The translations under genes were made by a program, and so were the position numbers. Positions 38,141 through 53,084 of a stretch of 64,000 nt of DNA are shown in pieces. The notes below the pieces were generated by a model. It was not told where the DNA came from, searched no databases, and was given only the letters and a program-made list of their open reading frames with translations. Position 1 is the stretch's first letter. Every line of letters begins with the position of its first letter. The stretch is from Chrysomallon squamiferum (taxonomy: Eukaryota > Animalia > Mollusca), in the NCBI GenBank assembly GCA_012295275.1, contig CM022668.1:11966001-12030000 (forward strand), in the 5' to 3' direction.

Positions 38141-40506
38141 TTATCTCTGGACTGAAAGTTTTTCCATATTTCTTTCCAACCTGGTTAATTCAGAATCTGT
38201 CTGTTTGTGTGTCTGTCCCAGTAACAAGGAAGAAATGTTTTGTCTAGACAGTTTCTCATCTAGAAATGTCCAGTGTTTTGTAGGAAACTGAAATAAAATA
38301 ATTTGAAAAATGATATGTTAATTCCAGTTCTACAACAAAGAAAACGACTCATAAATTATTTTGAAAATAAAAGCAAATTTTATCTCTTTTTTTTCTTTCT
38401 GACAGAATAAACATTATGATATAAAAATATTTATTTATTTTATCTTTTATTATTTTTAAGCTATTTCATTCTTTTTTACTTTATATATATATATGTAAAG
38501 TCAAAAAAAAAGAATTTTATATGGACTCAGTCTGAATATATTATCCATCCATATTGTAAACTCAGTCTGAATTGTTAGTTCTAAAATTATTGAATTAATC
38601 AGTTTAAAACTGAACTTTGAATGAACAAATGAATAAATTAATTTGAAAAGCTAATAAGCTAAAAAAAAAAGAAACAACATTTTTTCTTTGTTAATCAGGA
38701 AGAATAAATTGTTTTTTTTTTAGAAAAAAAATGAAATAAAGGAAAATAAAATGTCTATTATATTATTTCATATAAAATATATTCAGCATGAATGTACTGA
38801 ATATAATATTAAAAGCTCCCACATAAAATTCACAATAACCAGTGTAAATAATTTTAAGAAAACAAAAATAACTAAGAAATAAAACTGACTTAAAATATAT
38901 CTTCAAATTAATTAATCAAATTATATTTATATGATTGTGTATGTGTGTGTGTATATGTGTGTATGTATGAATGTATATATCTTCATCCATCCATCCTTCT
39001 ATATAGATAGATAGACAGACAGATACAGATAAATAGATATGTATATAATTATATCTATCTGTCTAACTATATGTAAACATTACTATATTAACAAAATAAA
39101 ACGCACCCATAACTACTATTAAAATTGTATTTTATAATAAAAAATAAAATAAAATAAATAAATAAGTAAATAAATAAATAAATAAATAAAAATATATAAA
39201 AGACACTTACTTCAGTATTACTATTAATACTACTCTTAAAAAAAAAATAATAATAAAAAATAAACAAATAAATAAAAATGAAAAATAAATTATATAAAAC
39301 CAACTTACTTCAGTATTACTGTTAAAACTGCTCTTGAGACAACACAAAAATCCATCAGTAACCTTTAAACCACAACTGTCAGCCATTTTTTCTATATCTG
39401 TTTCACTGTTTACTGATAAAAGTTTCTGTAATTTTCCACACGGAACTTTGCTGTTCTTACTGCTAAACCCTGAGGCCATGGTTCTGAAAGCATTTCTGAA
39501 AATGTACATCAGAAATTATTTAAAAATAAAATTTTAAAAAAGGTTTTGAAACAAGATTATGTTTGCAGAATAGGTGAATAAAATAATGTTTTATTAAGCT
39601 CAAATGTTTTTGTTTTTACACTGAAATAAAGTTACTTTTAATTTATTTAAACAATTAAAATAATAAAACATTTTAGTTTAATGAATTGATAATAACAATG
39701 ATTTAAAACAAAACTCATTTTAAGAAGTGCTAAAAACATTAATAAAAATAAGTACTTTTAACAGAGTTCAATAAATCTGTTTTAAAAAATAAATCTTACA
39801 TATGAAACTACAGAAAACCAAACACTATCAGTATGAAGAAAAAAGTTTGTTTTAGAAAGGTGCCCAGTTTACTGAGGTTTTGCATTTAGCTATATGATAA
39901 AACAAGGAATGGTGAAAATTCTTTAGTTTTAGGGTTGGGGGTCAAACATTCAGCAGTTTCACCTTATTTCTTTTGAGAAAAATATATTAATAAATAGACC
40001 TAAATACAGAGTAAATATATATAAATCATATATATTTATGAAAGTTTTTTAACAAGTAAATACTTACTGCTGTATATGTTTGAGGTGCTGATGAAATGCA
40101 CACAGACAGATGGAACAAGGCAATTTGTGAGCCTGACGAACTGTTCTCACATAATTACCCAGAATGTGATAGACACTGATAGAGTAGGCCATTTTACCAA
40201 TCGACAATCCCTGAAAATAAAAATTAAATGTTTATTGACAATGGGACACGTTTTATTACTTACAGACTGCGTGTTAGTTATTTGATTTGTTTAATAATTA
40301 AAATTATTTTTAAAAAATAAATGTTTCCTTTCCCGAATTTACGATTTTGGTCTGCTTGATTTTATATAAGAATTTTATGAATGTTTGTAAGAAAATTTCT
40401 AGTACATACATAAAAACAAACTTCCATCAATGTAGATTTGCATATGTCAAATAATATACAAAATACACAAAAATACACAAAAACAGAGAAATGTAAAAAT
40501 AATAAA

Positions 40507-40567
<61 letters not shown>

Positions 40568-41276
40568 GAAATAGAATAATAAATAAAATAATAAAAATAG
40601 CAATAATAATAATAATAATAACAGAAATAGAATAATAAATAAAATAAGAAAAATAGCAATAATAATAATAATAACAGAAATAGAATAATAAATAAAATAA
40701 TAAAAATAGCAATAATAATAATAATAATAATCAAAAATAAAATCAAATTAATAAATAATAATAATAATAATAATATAGCAAATTAATAAAATACAAATAT
40801 AAAACATTATAAACCAACAAACCTCAAATCTTTGTTCAGACTCAAACAATGTCTTAGTGCATTGAGGTCACCCAAATTGTACAGAAGGTAAACACTTTCA
40901 AACTCTTCTTGATGTTCATGAGGGCCCTTAACTCTTTCATACAACACCAGGAGGCGCTTCAGACACTCCTGTGCATGCTGGGAGTTGATCACTGGGTCAA
41001 AGGTTGAAATAGATTCTTTTCCTAATCTGTGAAAATCAGTATTTTTAATTTTATAAATTGTATAAATTGTATAAATTAGATGACAAAAATTTGACTACAG
41101 TAACGACATAAATAAAATTATTTTTAAAAATATAAGTATTATTTATGTGAGTTAGACATGTATCTTTGCCTATATATCTTACATTTTTATTTGTTTTAAA
41201 AGTGTGTGTTTTTTTTGGTTTTTTCCTTTGACAGGAAAGAATACACTTTATATTTGATAGAGGAAACTTTTGTTCT

Positions 41277-41316
<40 letters not shown>

Positions 41317-41399
41317 TATGATGATGATATTCATACTACTACTGACAGTAACAGTAACAACAACATCAGTAATAATATTGACAACAACAACAACAAAAC

Positions 41400-41443
<44 letters not shown>

Positions 41444-41453
41444 TAACAATAAC

Positions 41454-41486
<33 letters not shown>

Positions 41487-42501
41487 TTGAATAAGAGTAA
41501 TAAGCATAAACTACAAAAAAACCACCCAAAAAACAATAACAGTAACAATAATAAGAATTACAATAATAAAAGAAATCTCGAAAACAATAACAAGAACAAT
41601 AACTACAAAAATAAACAGAATCATTTCTTCCAGCCAAATAAAGAAACAATAGATATAAAATAGTAAGAAACCTGTATCCAGCGTAGATATGAAACCTCAC
41701 ACAGTATTCTAAGAGAACAATTGCATCTTGACCTTCAATTCTCTGAATGACCATGTCCTGTCTAACTGCCCTCAGACGGTCAAATGAAAAATCATAAATG
41801 ACTGACCACTGGTGATCTGTCCTTGGAATAATTCTGAAAAAAATAAAAAAATAAAAAAAATAAAGTAAAATAAATTAGAAATAATATTGTACTTCATGAC
41901 AGCTTGCTTTGCACTCAGATAAAAAAAAAGAAAAAACATCTAGAGGAAGATCCAAACAGTTCATGTATTTGTAAAGAAATGGTGATTTTAAAGTTGTGAA
42001 TATACCTTTTAAAACAAATAAAAAAATTGTCTTTATACAGATAAAACTAAAATAAAAAATAATAAAAGATCATAAAAAAAACAAGAAATACATTCTAGAA
42101 CTTTAACTAAAACAAAAATTATACACTAAAGTTTCAGTTACAAATGTCTTACTGTTTATTTTTCATTATGACGTCACCAGTGTATTAAGGAATATTTTGG
42201 ACTATTTGAAATTTTGATTTCTTTTCTCAAATAAGGATTGTACTGGATGATACTGATAAAAACGTGTTTTTACTTATTGTAGATATATTCTACAGTTTTA
42301 AATAAAACTGGAACTGGGCGGAGACTCCCTGGGCCCGGGACCTGACATCCTGCCGCAGGGCGACTGTACTCTTTAACCATTTTATTTATATCTGCTGTTT
42401 GTTGTCTGCAACAGAACATAATGATAATAATAGTAATAATAATAATAATAATAATGACAATACTAATAATAATAATAATAACAATAATAATAATAATAAT
42501 A

Positions 42502-42577
<76 letters not shown>

Positions 42578-43264
42578 CAATAATAACAATAATAATAATA
42601 TTAATAATAACAATAATAAAAATGATAATGATAATAACAATAATAATAATAATCATAATAATAATGATAATAATAACAATAATAATAATAATAATAAAAT
42701 GCTTTAAAATATTGATAGTAAATTAATATAATACATAATTAAAAAAATATAACATGCTTACAAATATCAAATAATAAATTATTATTAATAATAATAATAA
42801 TAAAATAAAAATATCAATAGAAATTTAATAATAATTAAAAAAAATATAACATATAGTAATAATAAAAAAAAAATTGATGATTAAATATATTGATAGTAAA
42901 AAATAATAATAATTATATTAATATTAATAATATCAATAACAATAATAAAAAAAAATTATTATTAAAATATCAATAGAAAATTAATAATAATAATAATAAT
43001 AATAATAAAATATTCATATAAATATTAATAGGAAATTAATAATAAATAAAAAATATCAACATTTAAATAAAACAAACAGATAAAATCATAAATTAACTTG
43101 AAAGAACAAATCATCAAACAATGATATATGGTTTATTGTTTTATTAAAATAATATAAAATTAGATATCTGTACTTTCTATTTCTGAAGCTTTCATTTCGT
43201 ATTTCATGTGAAGATTCCAGTGGGTGAATCCGACCTTCCCTTTCTCTCCTGAAAGAGAAGATAA

Positions 43265-43299
<35 letters not shown>

Positions 43300-43763
43300 A
43301 ACAGTAACTTGGAAAGAATTCTTATTGAATGAGGCCAAATGTAGAGTACATGGATTTGATAAATCAATATGGAATATTTTTTTAAAACTATATATATATA
43401 TATTTTTTTTTTAATGTTGTATATTCCGGGACAAGTGATCAGACAAAACCATTTGAATGCGAACAGGGGTAATTTCAAATGGATAAACCGAGAACGTTTA
43501 CTGTCGTAATAATGTATGTAATTGGCAATTATTAACTTCTTCAGATCATTATTTAATAGCACCCGTAAACTGAAAACACAATTTATTGAAAATATAAGCA
43601 GAAAGTTTTGTGTCATAGAGCTGTCGTCTACATATTCTCAGTATATTCTGATATTCTGGGTATTTTTCTTTTCTCGTCCGAATGATATTTCTTACATTTT
43701 AATTTCTTCCAATGGACACATATATTGACATGTGCCTGTCGTCATGGGAATGTCATAATTCAT
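38141..43763 (-). CDS. SAC3D1: SAC3 domain-containing protein 1 (SAC3/GANP family), ~372 aa after correcting a 1-nt deletion
   Basis: Exons 43696-43763, 43174-43248, 42274-42405, 41672-41833, 40823-41026, 40068-40210, 39309-39495, 38141-38287. SAC3 motifs: GTCQYMCPLEEIKMREREGRIHPLE, MVKEYSRPAAG, LRPVPVLFKTVEY, YDFSFDRLRAVRQDMVIQ, YLLYNLG, GNYVR. The short stand-alone domain favours SAC3D1 over GANP/LENG8. Confidence 0.9.
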
Positions 43764-44951
43764 GATTCAAAAGCAAAATGTAATTGATTATGCAGAAACC
43801 TTCTTATTCAAGATGATTCGGTAATGATTTAATTTCCCCCCAAATTATTTCAAGGCAGCTGCCATATTTACTATGGGAGATAACTCTATCATGGTTTGTG
43901 CAAAGGTATCGCAACACACTTATAAGAATTATTGTGCATTTTATGAGAATACATTGTGGACTAACAATTATTGGTGTATATTATTATTATTATTATGAAG
44001 GTATACAAAACCATCAGTGGATATTATATAAATTTTATTTAGTCTGTAAAATAATTAAACAAAAATAATAAATAAACACAAATAAAACACACAAAAAGCT
44101 TTGGAATGTGGAAGAAAAGAAATACTGCAAGGAACATTAATAACAAAAGACATATAATGAAACATAATTATTTTATTTCATTTTCATAATATAAATATAT
44201 ATGTATACACACAAAAAAATTACCCTAAATATTCTATATAGAATACATCAAAATGAATACAATTTAATCAGGATTATATAAAAAGATATCAATAATATCT
44301 CCCCTTCCCACAGGATGTAATGTAAATAAATTTTAAAAAGATCAGAATAATTTTGAAAGATTTCATAAAAATACTGAAATAAATGTGTGTGCATTGTGCA
44401 TTAAACATTTGTGTGACCTGGACAGTGATTTCCATTGGCACTATTCTTAGTTATATGAAATAAAACTGATTTCCACAACATCATTCAATATGGCACTAAA
44501 TAATTAAATTATTTTTTTTTTTTTTTTTTTAATTGTGCAATTTCTAAATAGAGCTTTATAATTTAAAAAAATAAATGAAACTGAACTTAAAAAAGTAATT
44601 TAAAAATAGCAGATGATTTAGGGTACCAGAAATGACCCATATTTTCGTATTTTTGTAGGTTTTTGGTTACATAATTAATATATAGACTTAAAATATAAAA
44701 TGAAAAGTAAATAAATAAATTCCCTGCTAAAACCATTTTTCTAGACCAAAGTTATATATATATATTTGTGTGTGTGTGTGCGCTATATATATATATAAAG
44801 CAATACTAATTAAAAATTAAAACAGTATTTAACAGATAAAAATTTACACTTGTAAACTGTGTTTTCTGGAAGCCAGATAAATAGCCTGGTATCAACCATG
44901 TCTTAGAATTATAATAAATTTGTATATTTTAATTATGAAATGAGTTATGAG

Positions 44952-44990
<39 letters not shown>

Positions 44991-45282
44991 AAAATAAAAA
45001 AAGGGTCAATAAAGCTTTTCAATTTTGGTAGATCCATTCATTTCACCATTAATAAGTATATAAATAACAGATCTGGTAAAAATATAATTATATACTGATA
45101 ACGACTAAGAAGTATGTGACTTAATTAATATCCATAAAACCCAGTATTAATAAAGATGGTTAAAAAGAAATAAAAATAAAATCACAAATTATTATTATTC
45201 ATTTGATAAATACTGTGCTTAGTCAAGAGTTAAATTATGGATTTACTAAATTGTTTTAGATGCAACAAAACCCACACAAAAT

Positions 45283-45328
<46 letters not shown>

Positions 45329-47274
45329 TCACTCACACACAAATTAAAATATGGGTCAGTTCTTTTTATCAAGTGCATCTGAATAAATGAACAGATCGAT
45401 GAATGAAGCGAATAAATATGTTTAACACCTCAAAACATTTCAATATTAAAAATACAAATGGTCCTCATAAGTGAATCTTGGTCCAGGAAAACAAGCTTGA
45501 ATGTGATATTTTGTGACTAATAACAGTAACAATAGAGTTGTTGTGGTGGGTTTCTCATCTAGGATTTCATCATTGTGCATAAAATAAAAAATCTCCAAAC
45601 AACCCCTTTGATGCTTCAAAAAAAAAAAAAAAAAAAAAAAATAAAATAAAAAATCCACAAAACACATTTTAAAAAACAAAAACAAAAAAAACCCCACAAA
45701 CCCCCCAAAAAACCTACAAAACAAAACAATAAACACACAAGCAAACAAAACAAAAAATATAAATATAAATAAAAATAAAAATAATAATAGTAATAAATAC
45801 ATAAATAAATAAATAAATAAATTTAAAATTTTGAAATTCCCATACACATGATTATATTGATTCATTAAGAATATTAAAAACAGTTCACAACATTAAAACA
45901 TTTTTAAAAATTCATTAACAAAAATAGTCCAAAGCTGAAAACCAGCAAATACAAAAAGTGATCAGTAATCTCTTTCAAACTTAAAATTTATAAAATATTT
46001 CTACCACAATATCACACTTAAAACAATATACACACTATAAAACAAAAGGGGACATTCATAAAATGTATATTTCTAGGGGGGGGGGTGCAGTAGATATTCA
46101 GACACTATGTACAGAAATTGGGTGTTTGGTTTTAGAACAAACAAAGCCACTCCCAGAAAATATACTAACATTAGGATTTCAAACACCAGGTAAATGTTAA
46201 GATTTCTATTAAAAAAAAAAAGAAATATAAAATGTTTTGTTCAATGACTGAATTGACTTTGTACAATGATAAAATGTAAAGTGAACAAAGTAAAGGTGTT
46301 GTATGAATGAAACTTATTTAACCTAGATTTCTAGATTATTGACTTCCTCCATATATATTTAAACAAATAAACATGTGTGCATACATAGATACATACATAC
46401 ATATCTATATATTTGTCTATCTACATTAATCACATCCCAGTGTATAGGTACACAAAAAAACTTCCATATATACATACATACATATCTATGTAACAACTTA
46501 CCTATCTATTTATCAGTCTATCTACCTATTTATCTATCTGCCTTTCTACCTATTTATCTGTCTAGTTACACATGCATACACATTCTCTCTCTCTCCACAT
46601 TTATAATGATCAGTGACTGAATATACTCCATGTATGTATGTATGAACGTTTGTACATACTGATATATAATATATGTATATGTGGGTGTATGTGCCAATAC
46701 ACATGTAGATATACATATATATCAGTACAATTTAAAATATGAATATAAAGTGTAAAATTAGTTATTTTGCTTAAAATAGTCACATAACTTTCATATTCAC
46801 AATGTATGTTCATTTTATATATATATATATATATATATTATATTACTTAGCTGTCTTTGTATGTAACTTTATTACAGGTTACAGATAAAAAAAATTATTT
46901 CACTTGAAAATAAAAATTAAAAATATTTTCGAGGTATATGAAAACTATATACATATAAGCATGTGACTAAAATAGAAAGAAAATATGTTTATAAAGTGCT
47001 GAATCTAATCACAGTCACATAGAGAGCAAAAAAAAAAAAAAGATAGAATAAAAACACAACCATTATAAAGGTGAATGACAGTAATAATAAAAGTAAAAAT
47101 AATTTTCAATTAAAAACACAGTGACAGTAAAAACAGTAATAATAATAATTCTAATACGACAACACAATAATAATAACCAACAATAACAGTAAAATAAAAT
47201 AGCACAATAACAGATAAGATAAAGTAATAATAATAATAATAACAATAATAATAACAGTAATAGTAATAAGAATA

Positions 47275-47339
<65 letters not shown>

Positions 47340-47780
47340 GCAGGTATGTAGGTGTACTTGGACATAACTATATATATAAGTTTTCTTTTATAATTACATA
47401 TATTCGACAATTTCATATCAGAAATATATAAAAATACAAATGAATTATGTTATATAATTGGTGCTGTAAATTAACTATGATGAAATGACATTTTTTTAAA
47501 ATAAGCAATTTTTTTTTTTTATCACTTAAAATACACAATTATACAGAGTTATTTAAGCTCAAAGGTGAAAAATATAATTGTTGTCAAATGTAATACTATA
47601 GTGTGTTTGTGTATGCATATATGCATATTTATGTTTCTTTGTGCATATGTTTGTTTTGTGTGTGTGTGTGTGTGTGTGTTTTTTTGATCATTGGCCAGTT
47701 ATTAAATTATTTATAATTTTTCACGTAATTCAGTTTTGTTCAACTTCTGGCAACAATAACAAAAATGTGAGATTCTTTCC

Positions 47781-48183
47781 TTTTTTAACATTGTGCTTGA
47801 TTTTCATTATAAATAAATTATGAGTTAGAATGGGAAAAAAGTCTTTCTGTTTTTTTAACATTGTGCTTGATTTTCATTATAAATAAATTATGAGTTAGAA
47901 TGGGAAAAAAGTCTTTCTGTTTTTTTAACATTGTGCTTGATTTTCATTATAAATAAATTATGAGTTAGAATGGGAAAAAAGTCTCTGTTTTTTTAACATT
48001 GTGCTTGATTTTCATTATAAATAAATTATGAGTTAGAATGGGAAAAAAGTCTGGTATTTTTAACATTGTGCTTGATTTTCATTATAAATAAATTATGAGT
48101 TAGAAAGGGAAAAAAGTATTTCTTTTTTTAACATTGTGCTTGATTTTCATTATAAATAAATTATGAGTTAGAATGGGAAAAAA
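47781..48183. repeat. ~66-67 bp tandem repeat x6 (ttttaacattgtgcttgattttcattataaataaattatgagttagaatgggaaaaaag...)
   Basis: Six near-identical units visible. Confidence 0.95.
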
Positions 48184-48304
48184 TTCGGTGGTTTTTGATC
48201 CCACAACTTAAAGCATAGTAGGTAATATTATGCAATATTCTATAATCATAAACTTATACAATCACATCAGTAGGAATAAATGATGATGATGATAAGAAAA
48301 ATTG

Positions 48305-48915
48305 GGTTACTGTGACAATATTAAATGAATCTAAGCAGTAACCATGACAACTATAATAAAATGCAACTAAATATTCAGTAACCATGAAAACTATAATACC
48401 TTTCAAAAATTAAAAAGATCAATATTTAGTTTCCACCACATTGCTTATTGAATATCTTTGCAGTAACCATGGTGATCATAAATATTTACCCAAACACCAA
48501 ATTAGGAATATTAAATATGCATTTACAACAACATCACTGAATAATTATCGGAATAAAAGTTAACAAAAGATAAAAACAGGTATCGAGTTTTTTTGACAAT
48601 AAAAATGTATATTAAAAGCGTTGCAGTTACCATGACAATACAGTAAATATGAAAATGCAAGTCATATTAAATTTCTAATGACAATGTAAAACAGCTGTCA
48701 TGGCAACATCAAATATTGGGGTTCCCATGAGGTAGTTGAAATGGGTTTCTATGACAATGTCCTAAACAGGTTAATCTAACAACAATGACAATGACGTTTC
48801 TACGACAACATCTGAAATGGAATTGCTTCGAAAACATTAAAAGCAAGGTTGCCATGACATCACTGAAAGTGAGGCTGCCATGACAATGCACAAAAAGATA
48901 TTGCACTGGAAATAT

Positions 48916-48952
<37 letters not shown>

Positions 48953-48975
48953 AAAAAGAGTTTCCATGACAACGT
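48305..48975. promoter_or_regulatory. Cluster of ~11-12 RFX X-box-like 14-mers
   Basis: gtaaccatgacaac 48338, gtaaccatgaaaac 48378, gtaaccatggtgat 48463, gttaccatgacaat 48626, gctgtcatggcaac 48694, gtttctatgacaat 48745, gtttctacgacaac 48796, gttgccatgacatc 48848, gctgccatgacaat 48874, gtttccatgacaac 48960, compared with consensus GTTNCCATGGNAAC. Function is inferred. Confidence 0.5.
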
Positions 48976-49293
48976 TCAATGAATGTCGACATGGATAGTG
49001 TTTGGAAGGACCAGGGAGGACAGACCACCAACAGACAGCAGGACAGACACTAGGATCATAGGAACAGCACAGTGCAAGTCCACTAACTGACCAAACACCA
49101 CGTTGCCAAGAATTGCACCGATTCGGGCAACTCCCGTCGTAACACCCATTGCCGTTGATCTGTCAAAAAAAAAAAAAAAAAAAATAAAAAATTAAAATAA
49201 AAATAAAAATTAAAATAAATAAATTAAAAAAAATTAAATAAAATAAAAAAATTAAAATAAATGATATAAAAAAAAAAAAAAAAAAACAGATAA

Positions 49294-49338
<45 letters not shown>

Positions 49339-49517
49339 CTGATCTAATTTTTGATATAAAAATATTCTTTTAGAAATTGTTACTGATAAAATTTTCTTGG
49401 CTGATATTCAAATTATTTATACTCTGTGATGTGCAAAATGAAAATATTTCTTATTGTATGTTAAACCCTACACATATAAAAAAAAAGAAGAATAAAAGGA
49501 GATGTCTATGAATGTAT

Positions 49518-49580
<63 letters not shown>

Positions 49581-51433
49581 ACACACACACACACACACAT
49601 TAAATACTAAAACTAACGAGATTAGAGTTATCTCACCTAACAGAAGTAGGGAACAATTCGCTGGACAGAACATCGAGTGCGTTCCAGCCAACTGTCGTAA
49701 CAGCTCCAAAGACACATGACAGTATGACGTTGTGAATGTTGGTGTGGACAAAGATGATGAAAAATACAGTTATAGCCGATATGACCATGCTCGAAGCTAA
49801 AAATATAGAAACAGAGGGTGATACAATAAAGGAAAAAAAAAAAAAATATATAATAATAATAAATTAATAAATTAAATAAATTATATAGATATGCATAATT
49901 ATATGTCTGTGTATATATCTGTGTGTGTGTCCGTCTATTTTACACAGTGAAAGGATTAAAAAATGCCTCAGTTGCTTTTAATTTATTTTTATAAGTGTAT
50001 TTTATTTTTACACTCACATAACAAAAACTTTCTTCCAAGTTTGTCCATTAAAAATATCGTCAAGAGGTTTCCAGGAAGATTGGAAATCGAGGTGAGAAAA
50101 CCTTCGAGATAAACCTGATTTCCTGGACCTTGGCATGTTTCATTGGCTGTGGAATTCTGGGTAATGTTAACATGACCTATGTTGCAAGGGAGTACCTCCG
50201 TATTTCTGAATGTCGATTAAAGAGTTCGGGAAACCACATGAACAGACCGTAGTAACTGAAATGTTGAAATCACAATTACAAAGATGTGACTTAGATAATG
50301 AAAGTAAAATTACAATATAAATTATCATAAAATAAAAAATTAAAAAAAAATTAATTTAATGAATGTTACTACATCAACTGTTACTACCACTACTACTGTT
50401 ATATGCTACAACCCTTGCAGCTATCATTACTACAACAACTACAACCACCACTACAACAATCTGACTATAACAAATACAAGTACCAATGTCATAACTACTA
50501 TTACTATCATTGCTATTTCCACAGTTCCTACCACTGAAACTACTACTACTACATTTATTATTATTATTATTATTATTTATACAACTAGAACTGCTTCTTT
50601 CACCAGTACAACTGCTGCTTTTGTAGTTGTCACTACTACAACTACTACTAATGCTATTACTGCAACTGCTACTACAAATTACCACTACTCCTACTCCTAC
50701 TACTACTTCCACTGATACTACTACTACTACTTCTACTGATACTACTACTTCCACTGATACTACTACTACTACTTCTACTGATACTACTACTACTACTTCT
50801 ACTGATACTACTATTACCTCTATTGATACTACTACTACTACTACTTCTACTGATACTACTACTACTTCTACTGATACTATTACCACTATTGATACCACTA
50901 CTACTGATACTACTACTACTACTTCTACTGATACTACTACTACTACTACTTCTACTGATACTACTACTACTTCTACTGATACTACTACTACTACTACTTC
51001 TACTGATACTACTACTACTACTACTTCTACTGATACTACTACTACTACTTCTACTGATACTACTACTTCTACTGATACTACTACTACTACTACTTCTACT
51101 GATACTACTATTACTTCTATTGATACTACTACTACTTCTACTGATACTACTACTACTACTGTTCTTGCTACTACATCTTCTACATTTTTGACTACAGACT
51201 ACACAGTTTTCAAAGTGATGTTTACTTACCCGAAAGCCAGCGTAAAGTTAATAATGATTAGAACAATGGCCGCCCTCCTCAACTTCACATTAAACAGCTC
51301 TAGTGTCTTACTTAGCAGCTGAAAAATATAAAAACAATAATAACAATAGCAATAACAATAACAATAACAGCAACAATAACAACAGTAATAATAATACTAA
51401 CAATAAATAATAAAAATAATAATAATAATGATG

Positions 51434-51492
<59 letters not shown>

Positions 51493-52993
51493 TATGATAA
51501 TAATAATGATGATGACAGTAACAATAATAATGATAATAATGATGATGGTAATAATAACAGTAATACTACTAACAATAATAATAACAACAACTATAATTAA
51601 TAACAAAATGTACTACTAATTATTAAAAAAAAAAAAATGTGTTACTATAAATTTATTTATGCAATCACTGAGAAGGTGCATATAAGATATATCTTACTGT
51701 ACAAAAACACTATTACTATTATAGTTGTTGTTATTTTGTTATTACTCTAATAATTATTATTATTTATTATTATTAAATATCATTGCTATTATTAGCAATA
51801 ACAATAATAAATAAATAATAATAATAATGTAATAATAATAATACTAATCATGATAATAATAATAATAGTAGTAGTAGTAGTAGTAGTAGTAATACTGTTG
51901 TTATTGTTATTTTTATAATGTTGTTGTTATTATTATTATCCATTATTATTACCATTGTTGTAACTTTTATATTATTTATTATTGTTATTATTATTATGAT
52001 TTTTCTTACTGAAAAGCATTTCTGTTTAATACGGCAGCAATACCATGGTGACCGTCTGGTTTTTTCTGGGATCTGTTTCATTTGTTCATCTTCTTCAAAT
52101 TCTGACAAAACCAAATGTTCAACCTGAAAACAAGACAATATCAATAATAATAACAAACAACAACAATAAATATGATTACTAAAAAATTTAAAAAAAAAGA
52201 AAAGAAAGAAAAAAGTAAATTAATTAAATAATAAATTAAGAATAAATAAATGAAAATAATAATAATGTTTATCTTATTTACAGCCAATCACAATTCTGGA
52301 TTTATTTAATTCTTATGATCTGGTCAACTTTGAACTCTGACCTGATGACATTCATCTTTGCTGCAGCCAAGTATATACTTCAATTTTAACGCTTTACACT
52401 GGAAACTTAAGTAGTTACATTACATTATTGTTATTATTACTGTTATTATTATTATTGTTATTGTTATTATTATTGTTTTTAAAATTTTACTGGAAAGTTT
52501 TCTTTTCCTCCATTTCTGTAGTACACATAAGAAAGAACTTCAATAGCTTCTTTGTTTTTCCCAATCTAGAAAAAAAAAAAAATAAAATAAATATTAATAA
52601 TAATTTATATTTTTAGTTTCCATATTGTGTAAATATTTTACATTTTAGATTATTTATTCTGTATGTGTAAATGTTTAAAGTTTAGATCATTTACCATAAT
52701 CAAATATTTTACATTTTAGGTCACTAACTGAATGTAAATATTTTACATTTCAGGTCATTAACCATACTATTTAAGATTTTAAATTATGTACAGTTAAAAA
52801 ATAGTTTTCATTTTTATGTCACTTACTGTAAGTAAATATTTTGGACTTTCAGGCATCAAAACAAATATGGCGGCTGATGTCAGTGATGGAATAGTGCAAA
52901 GTGCCACAAAGATTCTCCAACTGTTGTAAGAAAAGTCAGGACTGAAATATCCCAGGCTTTTTTGAGGTATCACAATCCATGCCAAACCTGAAA

Positions 52994-53084
<91 letters not shown>

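Noticed and set aside
50627-51322. 231-aa mucin-like Thr/Ser/Asp ORF
   Set aside because: Pure (act)n compound repeat inside an intron of the opposite-strand SV2-like gene; TTG start and no gene context.
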